Assembly: GCF_009914755.1 (NCBI RefSeq)
Contig: NC_060939.1
Length of the DNA: 64,000 bases
Source of the DNA: the human T2T-CHM13v2.0 reference genome, Homo sapiens
Reading direction: 5' to 3' (one strand)
The notes under the pieces are model-generated. The model had not been told where the DNA came from, searched no databases, and was given only the letters and a program-made list of their open reading frames with translations. A program made the position numbers and the translations under genes. Below are positions 25,946 through 39,333 of the stretch, piece after piece. Positions within the stretch are counted from its first letter, which is position 1; every line of letters starts with the position of its first letter.

Positions 25946-28900
25946 CAACCCAGGTCACTGGCACCCAACCCTGTGAGTTTTTCTCTAGGTATACTGTATC
26001 TGCTATTTCTATACGGGGGTTAGGCATCTAAACGAAAATTGCTATAAAATGGCAATTTAACCCAGCAACTAGGTTACGAGCATGAGAACACTTACTTAAC
26101 ACCAAGAAGTATGTAGGTGAGAGCCTTTGTTACCTGTTTGCATAAAAATCACAAATTGTGACTTGCTAAACATATGATGTCATTTATTTGGACTTATATT
26201 AAACTATATATATATATATATGTATATATAAAATACTGAATTAAACTTACTTGAACAATTCTGTATTAGCTGCCCAATGTCTGTGGAGACTGAAAGAAAG
26301 CCATCAGGGCAGGATATAAAAATAAATATATATTTAATATTACCTAACACTTAGTACTGCCAGATAAATTTGTTGTTTTTGAAATATAACTGGAAAGTTA
26401 CAATATGCACATGGAGACACATAGAATGTACATTTTTTCCAGTTCCTTCTAGTACAATGTTTATTATTGCAGTTCTGATACTGTAAATGATGAGAGGAGG
26501 TCCTATCATGCCATTGTCCCAATCAGCTTCTTGGAATTAATAATACCATGAATATGCTCATACTTTGAAAAGAAAAGCACTTTGAGCAGTCAGAGCTCCA
26601 GCATTTGAACATTTTGTTACATGTAGATACATCCAACTTTACTGCTTTTCATGAGGTTCTATGAAGGAATAGGAAAAAAGAATTCATTTTTGAAAAATGG
26701 CTCTAGAGTGACTCTCTGTTAGAGAAATTCTATTTTCCTATAGACTTATGTGACCAACTCAGCGATGCATTCCCCAGAAAGAAGCCCCCAAGTGTACATA
26801 TTAGAAAACATTTCAGGGAGGTGGCCAAAGGAGTGGCCAGATCCCTCCTACAGGATCACAGGCTAACAACTGCCTCTAAGGTCTTCAAAGCATCTGGTTT
26901 CAGTAGAAATTCACCAATCTGGATTTTCCATCCCTAGGTTAGGCTTCCTGCTTCTCCGCCACTCCATCTGAGGCCCTAAGAGTTGCAGCCAAACCTGGTG
27001 AGCCATGACTCCAGACTCCTGGCTCCCAACACTCATGCCACTGCAGCTCAGTCCAGGGTTTAGAATCTGCTGCTTACCAAGCTTGTCCTGCTCTGGGAGC
27101 TTCTAAAGGAGGGGCTCTGGCTCCAGAAAAGAAGAAGGAACTGACAAGGAGTATAATGGAGCACCCACTGCATAGCTGCACTGGCTAAGAACATTCATAT
27201 TCATTATGTCTTCTTATTTTCAAGGCACTGTGAGGTAAATATTATCCCAGTGTTCTGGAAAGAAGTCTAACCCTTAGATAAGCTAGTATGGCAAGTGTGG
27301 ATCAAGTTCATCTGCCTTTAAAGACCATGCTTTTTTCTATGCCCTCCTATGGTTATCTGTATATCATCAGCATCCAAAATACTCCATAATCCCCATAGAA
27401 TTCCAGTTCTTCATCATCAGTGAATGTTGGCAAATCCTGTCTCCCATCTCAGAAACTAAATCTGATAAACTTGCTGGATGGAATCTTGGATACTTCAAGG
27501 ATTTTTAGAGAAGAAATTTAGAAAGAAAAATAAACTTCATATAAATCAGAGCCCTTAAAACTATTCTCGTATGTCCATTAGGGAATACAGAAATTATATA
27601 TTTCAAAACATAATTTGATTCTATCTCAAATGCTTGAGTTAAAGGTGGGATTAATTCAGATATTTGGACTACATAACCCCTCATTTGACAATGGAAGATT
27701 GGGGTGAAAGGTAACCATGTCATATTTTATTGCAGTGTTGCTTCTCGCTTTAATCCCTCTCACTATTGCTAGTGCTGGCTGCCCTGACCTGGACATCAGA
27801 GAAACACCCTCCAGGGGCTGAGTACATGAGCAAATCCAAGTTAATCAGGATTTCTTTTTTTAGTTTATTTGTTATATTTGCCTGGCAAAAGATATTCTGT
27901 ACCCAGTATAAGCTCTAAAAGCAAGATCCCTTTCAAATAAAAAAATGGAATGACTTATGATAGAAGAGGCAATGCAAGTAATAATAATAGTAATAATTTT
28001 ATTATGATCCAAAATAAAATTTTTAAAAGGCAAAGAAATAAAAAAAAAAAAGCCAGTCTACGAAGTTGCACCCATTCAGAGAAGAATGTCTACCTTCTGG
28101 CCATTTCAAAATGGTACCAGACCCTGTTATAGCCACTCAAGCCCTGCCCTGCCTCATCCGATGCATTAGGAATTCTGCAAATGAGTGTTCATGGTTCACA
28201 GGGGGTTCCATCATAGAAAACTAGTTGTTGATCTTTGGATGCCTGCAGGCCTGCAATCTGTGCTACAAGTTTATCCCTCCTAGGGAAAAATTAAAGAAAA
28301 AAAAACAGAAAAGGGGAAAAAAGGAAGGAAGGAGGAGACAAGAGGATGGAACCAATACAAGCATCTGTAACAAGCTAATTGGACCCTTGGGGGCCACCCA
28401 GCAGGCACAAAATTAAAACAAACAGAGCTACGCATTGTGCACTTTCAGGACCGTAGCCACCCTGGGTCTATCAACTTTTCCCCGGACTCCTCCCTTGACC
28501 GTCATTTTTAAAGGACCTAATTATGGGTCTTTCTGAAGGATCACAAGCCAGTTTTCATCTAAAAAGAATAAGGTGTTTTGCCTCCAAACCAGAGACACTG
28601 TTAGAAGTTGGTAATTAGTATGACTTGTTAATGGAGTTTGGCTGTGATTAGGCGGTGATTGAGTGTGAGTTTGGTGCCTGTCAGTGGGTAAGCCTGGGAG
28701 GGTGAGAGATGTTTAATGAGACACCTGTTGTTGGGGCCCCACTGGGGTTTGTTGCAGCTGATTGGCACTTGGATGCAGCACGCTCCATGATGGGGGCTGG
28801 GCTGAGCGTGGCAGGTGGTTGGCACCACAGCAGAGCCTGCCGATCCCTCTAAGTCAGGGCTGGCTGTGTTTCCTGAGCTGTTTCTCCACGGCTGCCGTTC

Positions 28901-29164
28901 CATGTCCCCACGTGATCCAGGCTGACTATTGCTATACTCCAACTCCCAGCGGGCACTGCAACCACCATGCAGGAAAAGATCCCAGGTATCCATGACCCCC
29001 GCTCCCCACCAAATACCAGGCAGGGCACTGGGCACTCCTCCCCTCATCCAGCCTTTCCTGTCCCCAGACTGTCGATGAGGAAGCTGAGGCAGTAGACATT
29101 AAATAGTTTAACACAGCAAGTTCACACAGCCACCTCCAGGATCAGAGGTACTGTACTTAGAAAC

Positions 29165-29311
29165 AGCCCCTCTCATGCCTTAAAAGGATCCTTGGGAAAC
29201 ATGTCAAAATGCATGTTTTGGTGAGTAGTTCAGGTGTGGGGCCTGAGAGATCCTAAGAGTTTCCGGGGGCACCCATGCTGCTGGTGCAGGGACTAGACCT
29301 TGAATGCAAGT
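29165..29311. mobile_element. MER5A-like DNA transposon remnant
   Basis: GTGGGGCCTGAGA...ATGCTGCTGGTGCAGGGACTAGACCTTGA. Confidence 0.5.
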
Positions 29312-30807
29312 CTATAGGAAACCTTCCTGTATTTGAGATAATCAGAACTTACAAAAGATACATGGTTATTGTGCATTTCAACTTTATGATGAAAACCATA
29401 TGATGCTTTTCAAGGAAGAGAGAGAAGGGAAATGCATAATACCTTGCCTAAAAACAGAGCCGGATGCTAAAGATGTTCTGGAACTCTCTACCTAAGCCCA
29501 TGGTGGAGGGGGGCTGGAGGACACAGCACAAAAATGTGAGGCAAACCTGAGAAGTTAGAGGAGAACCACACTCCACACTCAATGCACTGGCAGAACATTT
29601 CCAGGAGGGAAGAAGGAGTCTCGTCTCAAGGACTTTGTTCTGTCAACGATGCTGAAGAGCTGGCTGCAACTATCCACCTTCACAGCTGACCCTGTTCCCG
29701 CCTGCTGGTGCCCTGTCCACACCCACTTGACAAACCACACCCTTTCCTGGTCACTAACCAGGGCCTGAGGAGCAAACAGCTCTTTGTTCTTTCCCGACAT
29801 TGTTGCAGGCTGAACACTGAATCAAAACACATGCTGGAAGTCACAAAGGTGCTGCAGCACCTGGACCAGGTTAGGTTCAGGTCAGATCCAGATGGAAGAG
29901 CCAGACCTCCACCCTGACCTTCACAGAGATCCCGCTTACAGTTCCTGCCACATTGTCTCCAACATTCAATGAAGTTTTTCTGAGACTGAAAAAAAGACTG
30001 ACAGCCTCCAGCAAAGGTTTAGACTAATTTGGATAAAGCTTAGAGAGCACAAAAATACGTAAAGAACAGAGCAATTTCGTGTGCTTTCAGGTCCCAAAAC
30101 GAATATTAAAAACAGATAAAATTTACTTGGGTAATTCACAAAAAATATTTTTTAAAAATGCTTTGTCTTTAATCCCATCAATTATGGAGGGTAAAAATAG
30201 GACTTCGTTCTAGTTATCCAGATAACCATCTCATTTCTTGGCTTCACTTGACTGAGGAAGACCTGGCCTGAAGAAAATATGGGTCATTCAGTACATTTTC
30301 CTTGTATTAAACGATTAGGGTGTTCATTTATTTTTCTAAAGAAATAACATAGTTAACTGATGTGGACAATTTTACTTTAAATGTGATCAAAAAATAATTA
30401 TTACATTAAATTGCAAAAAATAATTATTATATTAAATTTGATCTAGTGAAATTCAAGATTCAAAAAGTAAGTTATTTCAGTATTTTTGTATGGATTTGCT
30501 TTCTTTACATTTTTAACCATGACATCAGAGTTTAAGGTGTTTTTTTGTGTTATCTGCACCACATTTTCCAATAGAAATGTAGGCTTTAGACTTCTAGAAG
30601 GATATGGAAGTTTCAGATCAGTCTCTCAATAGGGATTCAGTATTTTTTTTGGTGAATATGGGCAGAAGGGGCAGTCACGTGCCAGAAACTTACAGGAGAT
30701 GCAGAGATGGCTTATGGAAATTTTTTTTTAACTGTTAAAATTTTCAAGTCCCAAAAGGTGCTACATCTCAAGGATCCATATGAAAAAAAGGGAAGTGCAA
30801 GATGCTT

Positions 30808-31031
30808 TATGGCAGAGCGAATAAACAGCAGATCTGAAGACAGATGGATTTAAGGGAGAGCCTGGTTCTGCCAAGTCCTGGCTGTGTAGCCTTGGACCGG
30901 TGGTGTACCTTCTTTGGGCCTCAGTTTCTTCATTCATACGTTGGAAGCAATAATATATCTTGAGATGTTGTTATGATAGTTGGACATAAGGTATGGAAAG
31001 TTCCTGGGGTATGGCAGACACTCGATGGAAA
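30808..31031 (+). mobile_element. MIR
   Basis: GGCTGTGTAGCCTTGG...GGGCCTCAGTTTCTTCAT core. Confidence 0.75.
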
Positions 31032-31189
31032 CTGATGTGGGTTTCTCTGGCTCGCTGTCTAACCAGGATCATTTCCCACGTGGCACAACCCCACCAGCAC
31101 TACACTGCTAAACTTGCCCCGTCAGCAGGCAGCTTGGGGTGTATCTATTTAGCCATTTCATTCAACATAGGTGAACCAAAACAAAGCCC

Positions 31190-32186
31190 ATCCAGGAGCT
31201 ATCTTCTCACCTGGACCATTGCCATAGCTTTCTAACCAGTCTCCTTGTGCAACTCCCACTCCCCTACCTTCGCCACTGTCTATCGTCTACATAGAAATCA
31301 AACTGATCCTTTTAGTTTATTTCTTTTTATTATTTTTTATTTTATTTTATTCTTTTTTTTGGAGATGGAGTCTTGACCCCAAGAGGTCAAGGCTTCAGTG
31401 AGCTATAATCATGCCATTGCACTCCAGTCTGGAAAGCTTGACCTCTTGGGCTTAAGTAATCCATCTTAGCCTCCTGAGGAGCTGGGATTACAGGTGTGTG
31501 CCACTACACCCAGTTAATTTTTTTTTTAATAGAGATGGGGTCTTGCCATGTTCCCCAGGCTGGTCTTGAACTCCTGGGCTCAAGCCATCCACCTGCCTTG
31601 GCCTCCCAAAGTGCTGGGATTACACTGCACCTGGCCAAAGTGATCCTTTCAAAATATAAATCAGACCTCGACTTATGTCACACAGAGTGACAAAGTCCTT
31701 TCACTTGCCCAAGGCAAGTGAAGAGTGGCTGCCTGGTCCAGCCACTTGTTGCCCCTCTGACCTCTCATCCTGGACCTCACCTGCTGGCCCCCTCTGACCA
31801 GCCACTCTGAGTGCCACATGGGTCCTGAGCATGACACATTCATTCCTCACCTGCGTTGCCCTTACTGTTGCCCTGCTTAGAATGCTCTTGTTCCAGCACT
31901 CTGGCAAACTCACCCCCTTATCCCAACAGGTCTCTGCTCACATTACAGAGCTGGGTGCAGGCTCTCCTACATACATTTGCAATTCACCCAGGCCTCCCCA
32001 TAGCATGCATCAACTCTAATGAGTAATATTTGGTTATCCCTAAACTTTAATATCTTGCTCCCTCTGATAAGGGTAAAGACTTTGTTTTGTTCTTTGCTGA
32101 ATCCCCAGCGACTAAAACTATTACCAGGCACACCATTTTTAAAAACCTGATGAATACATGAATAAATAAAGGAATAAATGAATGAA
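31190..32186 (+). mobile_element. L2 3' portion, interrupted by AluJ
   Basis: TGATCCTTTCAAAATATAAATCAGA; AAAGACTTTGTTTTGTTC; ends in a GAATAAATGAATGAA tail. Confidence 0.7.
31311..31636 (-). mobile_element. AluJ with an internal 55-bp inversion
   Basis: AluJ-type CTCCTGGGCTCAAG; TSD AAACTGATCCTT / AAAGTGATCCTT; 31378-31432 is in the opposite orientation. Confidence 0.9.
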
Positions 32187-32199
32187 GAATGAGTATCTG

Positions 32200-32596
<397 letters not shown>

Positions 32597-33311
32597 CTAA
32601 AATAAGCAGCAGCCCCCTAAAGGGCAGGAAACTGATCACATGACTACAGCATGTTCCAGCTGCAGGAACAGGAGTCAAAAAGACTCAGCCTGATGAACAT
32701 AAAATCAAAGCCTAGAAGAGAAAACTAATGAGGGGCAAGAAGAACTTGAATCCAGGCCCAAGTCTTCAGGCCTTAGCTTGACTGTTGCCTTGTCCTTGCT
32801 GCCCCTTCTGGTGGACCTGATGCACCCTAAACACTCCTGGGCCATGAGCTAAGGCTCAAAGCATATTGGTCACATGAGTGTCTGAAGACGGCCTCTGTGA
32901 GTCCCTGCAGATTTCCTTACACATTTCACAAGGAAGGGCAATGCCTTCTTTGTGCCTCAGACCAGAAGAGTGAAGGTTGACAGCCTTGGAGTAATTCCCA
33001 GGAAAGCTGCCTGGGAGAAAATGCCACCATGGGCTTTCTTCCTGATGTTGGTTTGGTAGGCAATGGCCCCAAGATCCTCCTGAGGCCTCTAGCCAGGAGG
33101 GATGTGTGGGATGCCTCTGCCAGTGTTTGCCCCATGCAAGTTCCATGCAGAAAAGATTCATGGGTCCCAAGGAGACAGAACTGAGAGCACCCAGGCTAGA
33201 GAGCAGAGATGCAGAGAACCCAGCCCACGTGTAGAGAAAGCCCCCTCCCTGTCCTATGGTAAGGAGCCCCCATCCCCCACCAATGCAGGGTGGAAGATGG
33301 AGATGGAGATG

Positions 33312-33624
<313 letters not shown>

Positions 33625-34029
33625 GGAGATGTTTTTTGAGAACCCACCAAACTCAATCACAGACTGAGCTCTGAGGCATGGCAGTCAGAGGCTGAAAACA
33701 TCCACAGAGAGTCACCAGAGTCAGGATACAGAAAGGAAAGATCTCGCCACAGGTGTGTCGGGTTAAGGAGAGGGTCAGGGGAAGGCAGGCAATGCAAGGA
33801 GATGAGTCATGCGGATGAGCCCCAACCAGAAACCATGGCCTGGCAGCCTTGACCAGGAAAGCCTGTCAGAACGCCATCGTGCTTCACTGAATATTCTCTG
33901 CCTGGGATTATATTCAAATTAACCTTATTATAGTAAACTGCATTTCTAGTGCACATTTCAGAGTTTGAGTTTAATCATTCACAAATAATCTCTTTTTCTA
34001 CCTTAAATTTGAAGTTAAAAAACCCTTCG

Positions 34030-34642
34030 AGGGATGTGAAGGACCTCTTCAAGAAGAACTACAAACCACTGCTCAAGAAAATAAGAGGACACAAATGGAA
34101 AAACTTTCCATGCTCACGAATACGAAGAATCAATATTGTGAAAATGGCCATATGGCCCAAAGTAATTTACAGATTCAATGCTATTCCCATCAAGCTACCA
34201 GTGACTTTCGTTGCAGAATTAGAAAAAAAACTACTTTAAATTTCATATGGAACCAAAAAAGAGCCCCCATCGCCAAGACAATCCTAAGCAAAAAGAACAA
34301 AGCTGAAGGCATCACGCTACCTGACTTCAAACTATACCACAAGGCTACAGTAACCAAAGCAGCATGGTACTGGTACCAAAACAGATATGTAGACCAATGG
34401 AACAGAACAGACACCTCAGGAATAACACCATGTATCTACAACCATCTGATCTTTGACAAACCTGACAAAAACAAGCAATGGGGAAAGGATTACCTATTTA
34501 ATAAATGGTGCTGGGGAAACTGGCTAGCCATACACAGAAAACAGAAACTGGACCCTTTCCTTACATCTTATACAAAAATTAATTCAAGATGGATTAAAGA
34601 CTTAAATATAAAACCCAAAACCATAAAAACCCTAGAAGAAAA
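34030..34642 (+). mobile_element. L1P ORF2 internal fragment, truncated at both ends, with TSD
   Basis: ORF 34095-34712 contains [22 protein letters not shown]...[12 protein letters not shown] (L1 ORF2p C-terminal region); flanks AAAAAACCCTTCGAG / AAAAAGCCCTTCAAG. Confidence 0.93.
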
Positions 34643-34923
34643 AGCCCTTCAAGCTACCCAGCATTTTCAAGAGCTATATGGGATTGATGGATATTTACTG
34701 TCTGTATTATAATCAAATCCCAGTGCATTGCCAGGAATTGGTAGAACTAAGAACTTTCAGGATGTAGCCTTAAGTAGGCGTATGCCTGCCAAGGTGCATA
34801 CACATTGCATTAAAGTACTGTGCAATGTGCCAGACATTGTATATGTTATCTAATTTAATCCAGAATGGTAGACATGATTCTCTCCATTTTTATAGATAAG
34901 GAAAGTTGAAGAAAATAGGTGAT

Positions 34924-35316
34924 TATATTAGTCAGCTAGTGCTGTCATAACAAAATACCACAAACTGGATGGGGCCTAACCAACACAACTTTATTTCTCA
35001 CAGTTCTGGAGGCTGGAAGTTCAAGGTCAAGGTATCAGCAAGGCTGGTTTCTTCCTGAGGCTTCTCTCCTTGGCCTGCAAATGCTAACCTTCTGGCTGGG
35101 TCCTCACATGGTGCACACATCCCTGGTATCTCTGTGTGTCCAAACTGCCTCTTCGTACAAGGACACCAGTCAGATTGGATTAGGGTCCATCTTAGCCTCA
35201 TTTTAACTTAATCACCTCTTTAAAGGCCTTATTCCAAATACAGGCATATTCTAAAGTACTGAGGATTGGACAGCAAAATGTGAATTTGGGTGAAGGTGGC
35301 ATAATTCAGTGCATCA
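34924..35316 (-). mobile_element. MLT1B-like MaLR solo LTR
   Basis: CATAACAAAATACCACAAACTGG, TTTATTTCTCACAGTTCTGGAGGCTGGAAGTTCAAG, AAGGACACCAGTCAGATTGGATTAGGG. Confidence 0.85.
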
Positions 35317-35420
35317 GGGGCCATACACTCTGTTTTGCCTGGGACACCTGATCTAAGCTCATTGTCCCAATGTAATATGACTAAATAGCATATTCTTTCA
35401 ACCTTAAAATTGTCCCATTT
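35317..35420 (-). mobile_element. MER94-like hAT-Blackjack remnant
   Basis: CCATACACTCTGTTTTGCCTGGGACA...TTGTCCCAATGTAAT. Confidence 0.4.
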
Positions 35421-36623
35421 GAAAGACCAATTCTACACTCACTCTACTATGACAGCAGCAGGATTAGCAAAACATCTCAAGAACAAAGAGATGGAGTTCA
35501 ACTCTGTTCTACACGCCAAATCTGCCTGCCCCCTCCTGCCCCTTAAAAACCTCCTTTGTAAAAATATATGCCCCTTCCCCCTACCCCAGGGGACTGCTTA
35601 CCTGGCGTTTTACAGGACATAGGTAAAGAAAGCCAGAAAGGCACAGTGACTTGGGAGGCAACAGGTGGTGTACAGGACCTGCCACAGCCCCGAACTGCCT
35701 CTTGCCAATTTCAAAATGAAGAGATGCTGTTTGAATGAACAGGAGCAAATGGGTCTTCTCCTTGTCCTCACTCCTCACTTTCGGCTTCACTGCTCCAAAA
35801 TTAAAAACAAAAGCAAAAGCCTGTATCCAGGAGGACGCCATGAGAGTGCCTGACCGATCTTGGTGGACGTTCCCGCCAGAGCTCTGTGCCAGGCTGCCGG
35901 TGCTGTTTATTCTCCCTTGGCAGGCCCGCAGCATATGGTGCCTCCCTCACCTCTTCGGCGTCTTCCACGTCACATGCAGTGAGAGACTCCACTCTCCTGG
36001 GGGGTGTGTCGGGCCCCTCACTGGGCCTGTTGCTGTATCATCTGACAGATTACAGGCCGCATATTGCTGGGCTCTGCCTCTGTTGGGAGCCAGCTTAGTC
36101 ATTTAACAGTTCATTCAGAGAGGGAACCAGGGTGCCCTGTGACTGCTGACGTGATGGATTTTGTCTGGGGAGGAAAGGAGGCACAGCCCTGCAAAAGTCT
36201 ACAAATCCCATGGGTGGGCCAAACTTTGATGACTTGACCTAGTCGGCCCCAATTTATCATAATAAAATGAAAATAATATAATAGCTTCCATACAGTGAGT
36301 GCTTACCATGTGCTAGGCTTTGTGCTAAGATCTTTAAAGCCATATTTTAATCAAACCATGCAAACCTGTGAGGCTTGACTCACAGGCAGCAAGCGGCAAA
36401 TTTGAACCCAGTTACGCCTCTCCCTCTGCAGCACTTGCTATCATGCTACCTCTTCCAGCATGTCTTCCAACCGTTATTAGGGTAAGCTTTCTAAAACGTG
36501 TATTTTCTAAAATGCACCAAAACTAATTAATACTAATATGACTTTTGTATTTAAAAAAAATCACTTATTCATATCTACAGTAAAGCATTCCAGAGTGCTA
36601 GTGGTTCCCAAAGAATTCTTCTT

Positions 36624-36752
36624 GGCGGGGTGCGGTGGCTTATGCCTGTAATCCCCGGACTTTGAGAGGCCGAGGAGGATTTCTTGAGTCCAGGAGTTCA
36701 AGACCAGCCTGGGCAATACAGCAAGATCCTGTCTCTATTTTTTTTTTAATAA
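36624..36752 (+). mobile_element. FLAM-C / Alu left monomer
   Basis: GGTGGCTTATGCCTGTAATCC...CTTGAGTCCAGGAGTTCAAGACCAGCCTGGGCAA; TSD AAAGAATTCTTCTT / AAATAATTCTTCTT. Confidence 0.9.
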
Positions 36753-37209
36753 AATAATTCTTCTTTCACAAAATATTAATAAATGTCCTGCCTTGGCGAG
36801 TCTTCCAACAAAAGTGGCTTTGTGGCCATCTGTGCTGGGAATACAGGGTTGTATTGGAAATGTTCTTTACTGCAGGACTTCTCTGAGCCTTTAATGTGTT
36901 TGCATTAATTGTGAAACTCCACAAGAAGACAGTATGCAGTGTTTCCCAGACTGAGTCCCACACAGAATGCTTTCTCTTTCTAAGAACCTCTAGAGGCCTA
37001 GTCACCTGGACAGCACCCGAAACGCTGGCCTCTCATAACCTCGAGCTTCCATCTTAATTTCCAGGCCCTGCCTGGTCAAGTTTCCCCCTTGTTATTCAGC
37101 AGGAACATTTTCTCTTGAAATGGACGGTTGGAATCCTGGCCTAAACTCAGGTTCTCCCTCCTCATCAATGTCTCTCTCCACCTCTCCTACTAGAAGCCCT
37201 ACCTCCAAG

Positions 37210-38393
37210 TGAAAGGTGACAACGTGCTAGCAGCCCTGGCTCGCTCTCGGCGGCGCCTCCCCGTCCTCTGCGTCCGCTCTGGCCGCGCTGGAGGAGCCCT
37301 TCAGCCCGCGGCTGCGCTGTGGGGGCCTCTCTCCGGGGCTGGCCGAGGCCAGAGCCGGCTCCCTCTGCTGGCGGGGAGGTGTGGAGGGAGAGGCGCGGGC
37401 GGGAGCCGCGGCTGCGCGCGGTGTTCGGGAGCCGGCGCGGGTTCCGGGTGGGCGCGGGCTCGGGGAGCCCCGCACTCCGCGCGGTTGGCCGGCATCTGCT
37501 GGGCTTGATGCGGGGACGAGCTCCCTCTGGGGTGCCGGAGTGCCAGGGCTAGGTGCCACAAAGTCCCTAAGCGAGTGCCATTGAGAACTGAAGCCGGCTG
37601 GGCTTCTGGGTCGGGCGGGGACTTGGAGAACTTTTCTGTCTAGCTAAAGGATTGTAAATGCACCAATCAGCACTCTGTGTCTAGCTAAGGTTTGTAAACG
37701 CACCAATCAGCACTCTGTGTCCAGCCAAACGTTTGTGAACACAATAATCAGCGCTCTGTGTCTAACTAATGTGGTGGGGACTTGGAGAACTTTTGGGTGT
37801 AGCTAAAGGATTGTCAATGCACCAATCAGCCCTCTGTGTCTAGCTAAAGGTTTGTAAATGCACCAATCAGCGCTCTGTCAAAACGGACCAATCAGCTCTC
37901 TGTAAAATGGACCAATCAGTAGGATGTGGGTGGGGCCAGATAAGGAAATAAAAGCAGGCCACCCCGAGCCAGCTGGGGCAATCTGCTTGGGTGCCCCTCC
38001 GCCCTGTGGAAGCTTTGTTCTTTTGCTCTTCATAGTAAGTTTTGGTGCTGCTTGCAACTTGGGTCCGTGCCACCTTTATGAGCTGTAACACTCACTGCAA
38101 AGGTCTACAGCTTCATTCCTGAAGCCCGCGAGATTACAAACCCACAAACCCACCAACCCACCAGCAGGAAAGAACAACTCCAGATGGGAGGAACTAACAA
38201 CTCCAGACGCACCAACTTTATGAACTGTAACACTCACCGTGAAGGTCTGCAGCTTCACGGTGTCAGCTCCTGGAGTCAGCGAGACCACGAACCCACCAGA
38301 AGGAAGAAACTCCGGAGACACCATCTTTAAGAACTGTAACCCTCACTGCAAGGGGCCGTGGCTTCATTCTTGAAGTCAGTGAGACCAAGACCC
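37210..38393 (+). mobile_element. LTR12-family (HERV9) solo LTR, last ~15 nt missing
   Basis: Starts TGAAAGGTGACAACGTGCTAGCAGCCC; CpG-rich U3; tandem CACCAATCAGCACTCTGTGTCTAGCTAA units; U5 repeats CTGTAACACTCAC...GAAGGTCTGCAGCTTCA. Confidence 0.95.
37661..37953 (+). promoter_or_regulatory. LTR12 enhancer/promoter: six CCAAT (NF-Y) boxes, GATA site and AATAAAA TATA-like box
   Basis: CCAATCAG at ~37663, 37703, 37822, 37863, 37888 and 37912; GATAAG at 37939; AATAAAA at 37947. Activity is not shown by sequence. Confidence 0.7.
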
Positions 38394-38829
38394 CGAGCAT
38401 CCTTAACATCCCAGCACCCCCTCTCCTGCTGCAATTCAGTCCAATTAGCCCCTGGCCCAAAATCTAATTGTGTGCAAAGCACAAATTAACACTAAACCGG
38501 ATCAGTGTTGTTTCTTTTTAATGCTGAAACAGTTCAGGGCTCACTCATCCTACTTCATCAGCTAGATTGCAAGCTCCATGTAGGGATTTTCTCCCTTTTA
38601 TTTAAACCACCAGGCTGCCCCTTTTAGTGGACCTGATGCGCCCTAAACACTCTTGGGCCATGAGCTAAGACTCAAAGAATATTGGTCACATGAGTGTCTG
38701 AAGATGACTTCTGTGAGTGCCTGCAGATTTCCTCATACATCCCGCAAGGAAGAGCAATGCCCCATGTCCATGAACGGGGACCATGACTCCCCACTCTGGC
38801 TGCGACCTTCTTTATTCTCACCTTGCTGA

Positions 38830-38941
38830 AAATAATCAACTCATCTCAGTCTTCCTGAGGCTTTGCAAGTTTTAGCACTGACAGTTCCATGAGCTGGGAA
38901 CCCGCTCAGTGCCAGGCAAACCATGACGGTGGATCACTCCA
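38830..38941. mobile_element. MER81-like hAT-Blackjack element
   Basis: GTTTTAGCACTGACAGTTCC...CTCAGTGCCAGGCAAACCATGACGGTGGATCAC. Confidence 0.6.
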
Positions 38942-38989
38942 CCTGCCTGCCCTGCCCATAAATGAATTAAGGTTTTGCATCCTGAATCT

Positions 38990-39333
38990 TTATCCTCTGG
39001 TTGAAATGTTCTTATCCCATGGTTAGCCTTTCAAGGCCAGGTTCAAATGCTCTTCCCCTCACTGGACATTCCCTTATCACATCCTTTACATGCCTCCCTC
39101 CTGAAGAGTCTGGCCAAGTCACATGGCCTGGCACCATTACTAATTGCCCACTGACCCATGGTCTAGTTCTCAGTATAACTGCTTCCCTTCTGGATGATTC
39201 TTACAGGCAGGGTGTCTGTCATGCACATCGTATGCACATGCTTGCTTCCCCAGCAAACCCAGCACTGTTCCTTGCACCAGCACATCGTCAAAATTGGCAG
39301 ACACTTGATCAGCATTTGCTGATTGATTGATTG
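38990..39333 (+). mobile_element. L2 3' fragment
   Basis: TTCAAGGCCAGGTTCAAATGC; CCCAGCACTGTTCCTTGCAC; ends ATTTGCTGATTGATTGA. Confidence 0.6.

Noticed and set aside
34095-34712. Longest ORF (205 aa) as a gene
   Set aside because: It is a frameshifted L1 ORF2 fragment that runs into flanking DNA.
37209-37584. GC-rich ORFs and CpG island as a host gene promoter or first exon
   Set aside because: Fully explained by the LTR12 U3 region.
37630-37920. Regularly spaced ~40-bp repeats resembling a CRISPR array
   Set aside because: These are the standard LTR12 tandem enhancer units with no unique spacers, in human DNA.
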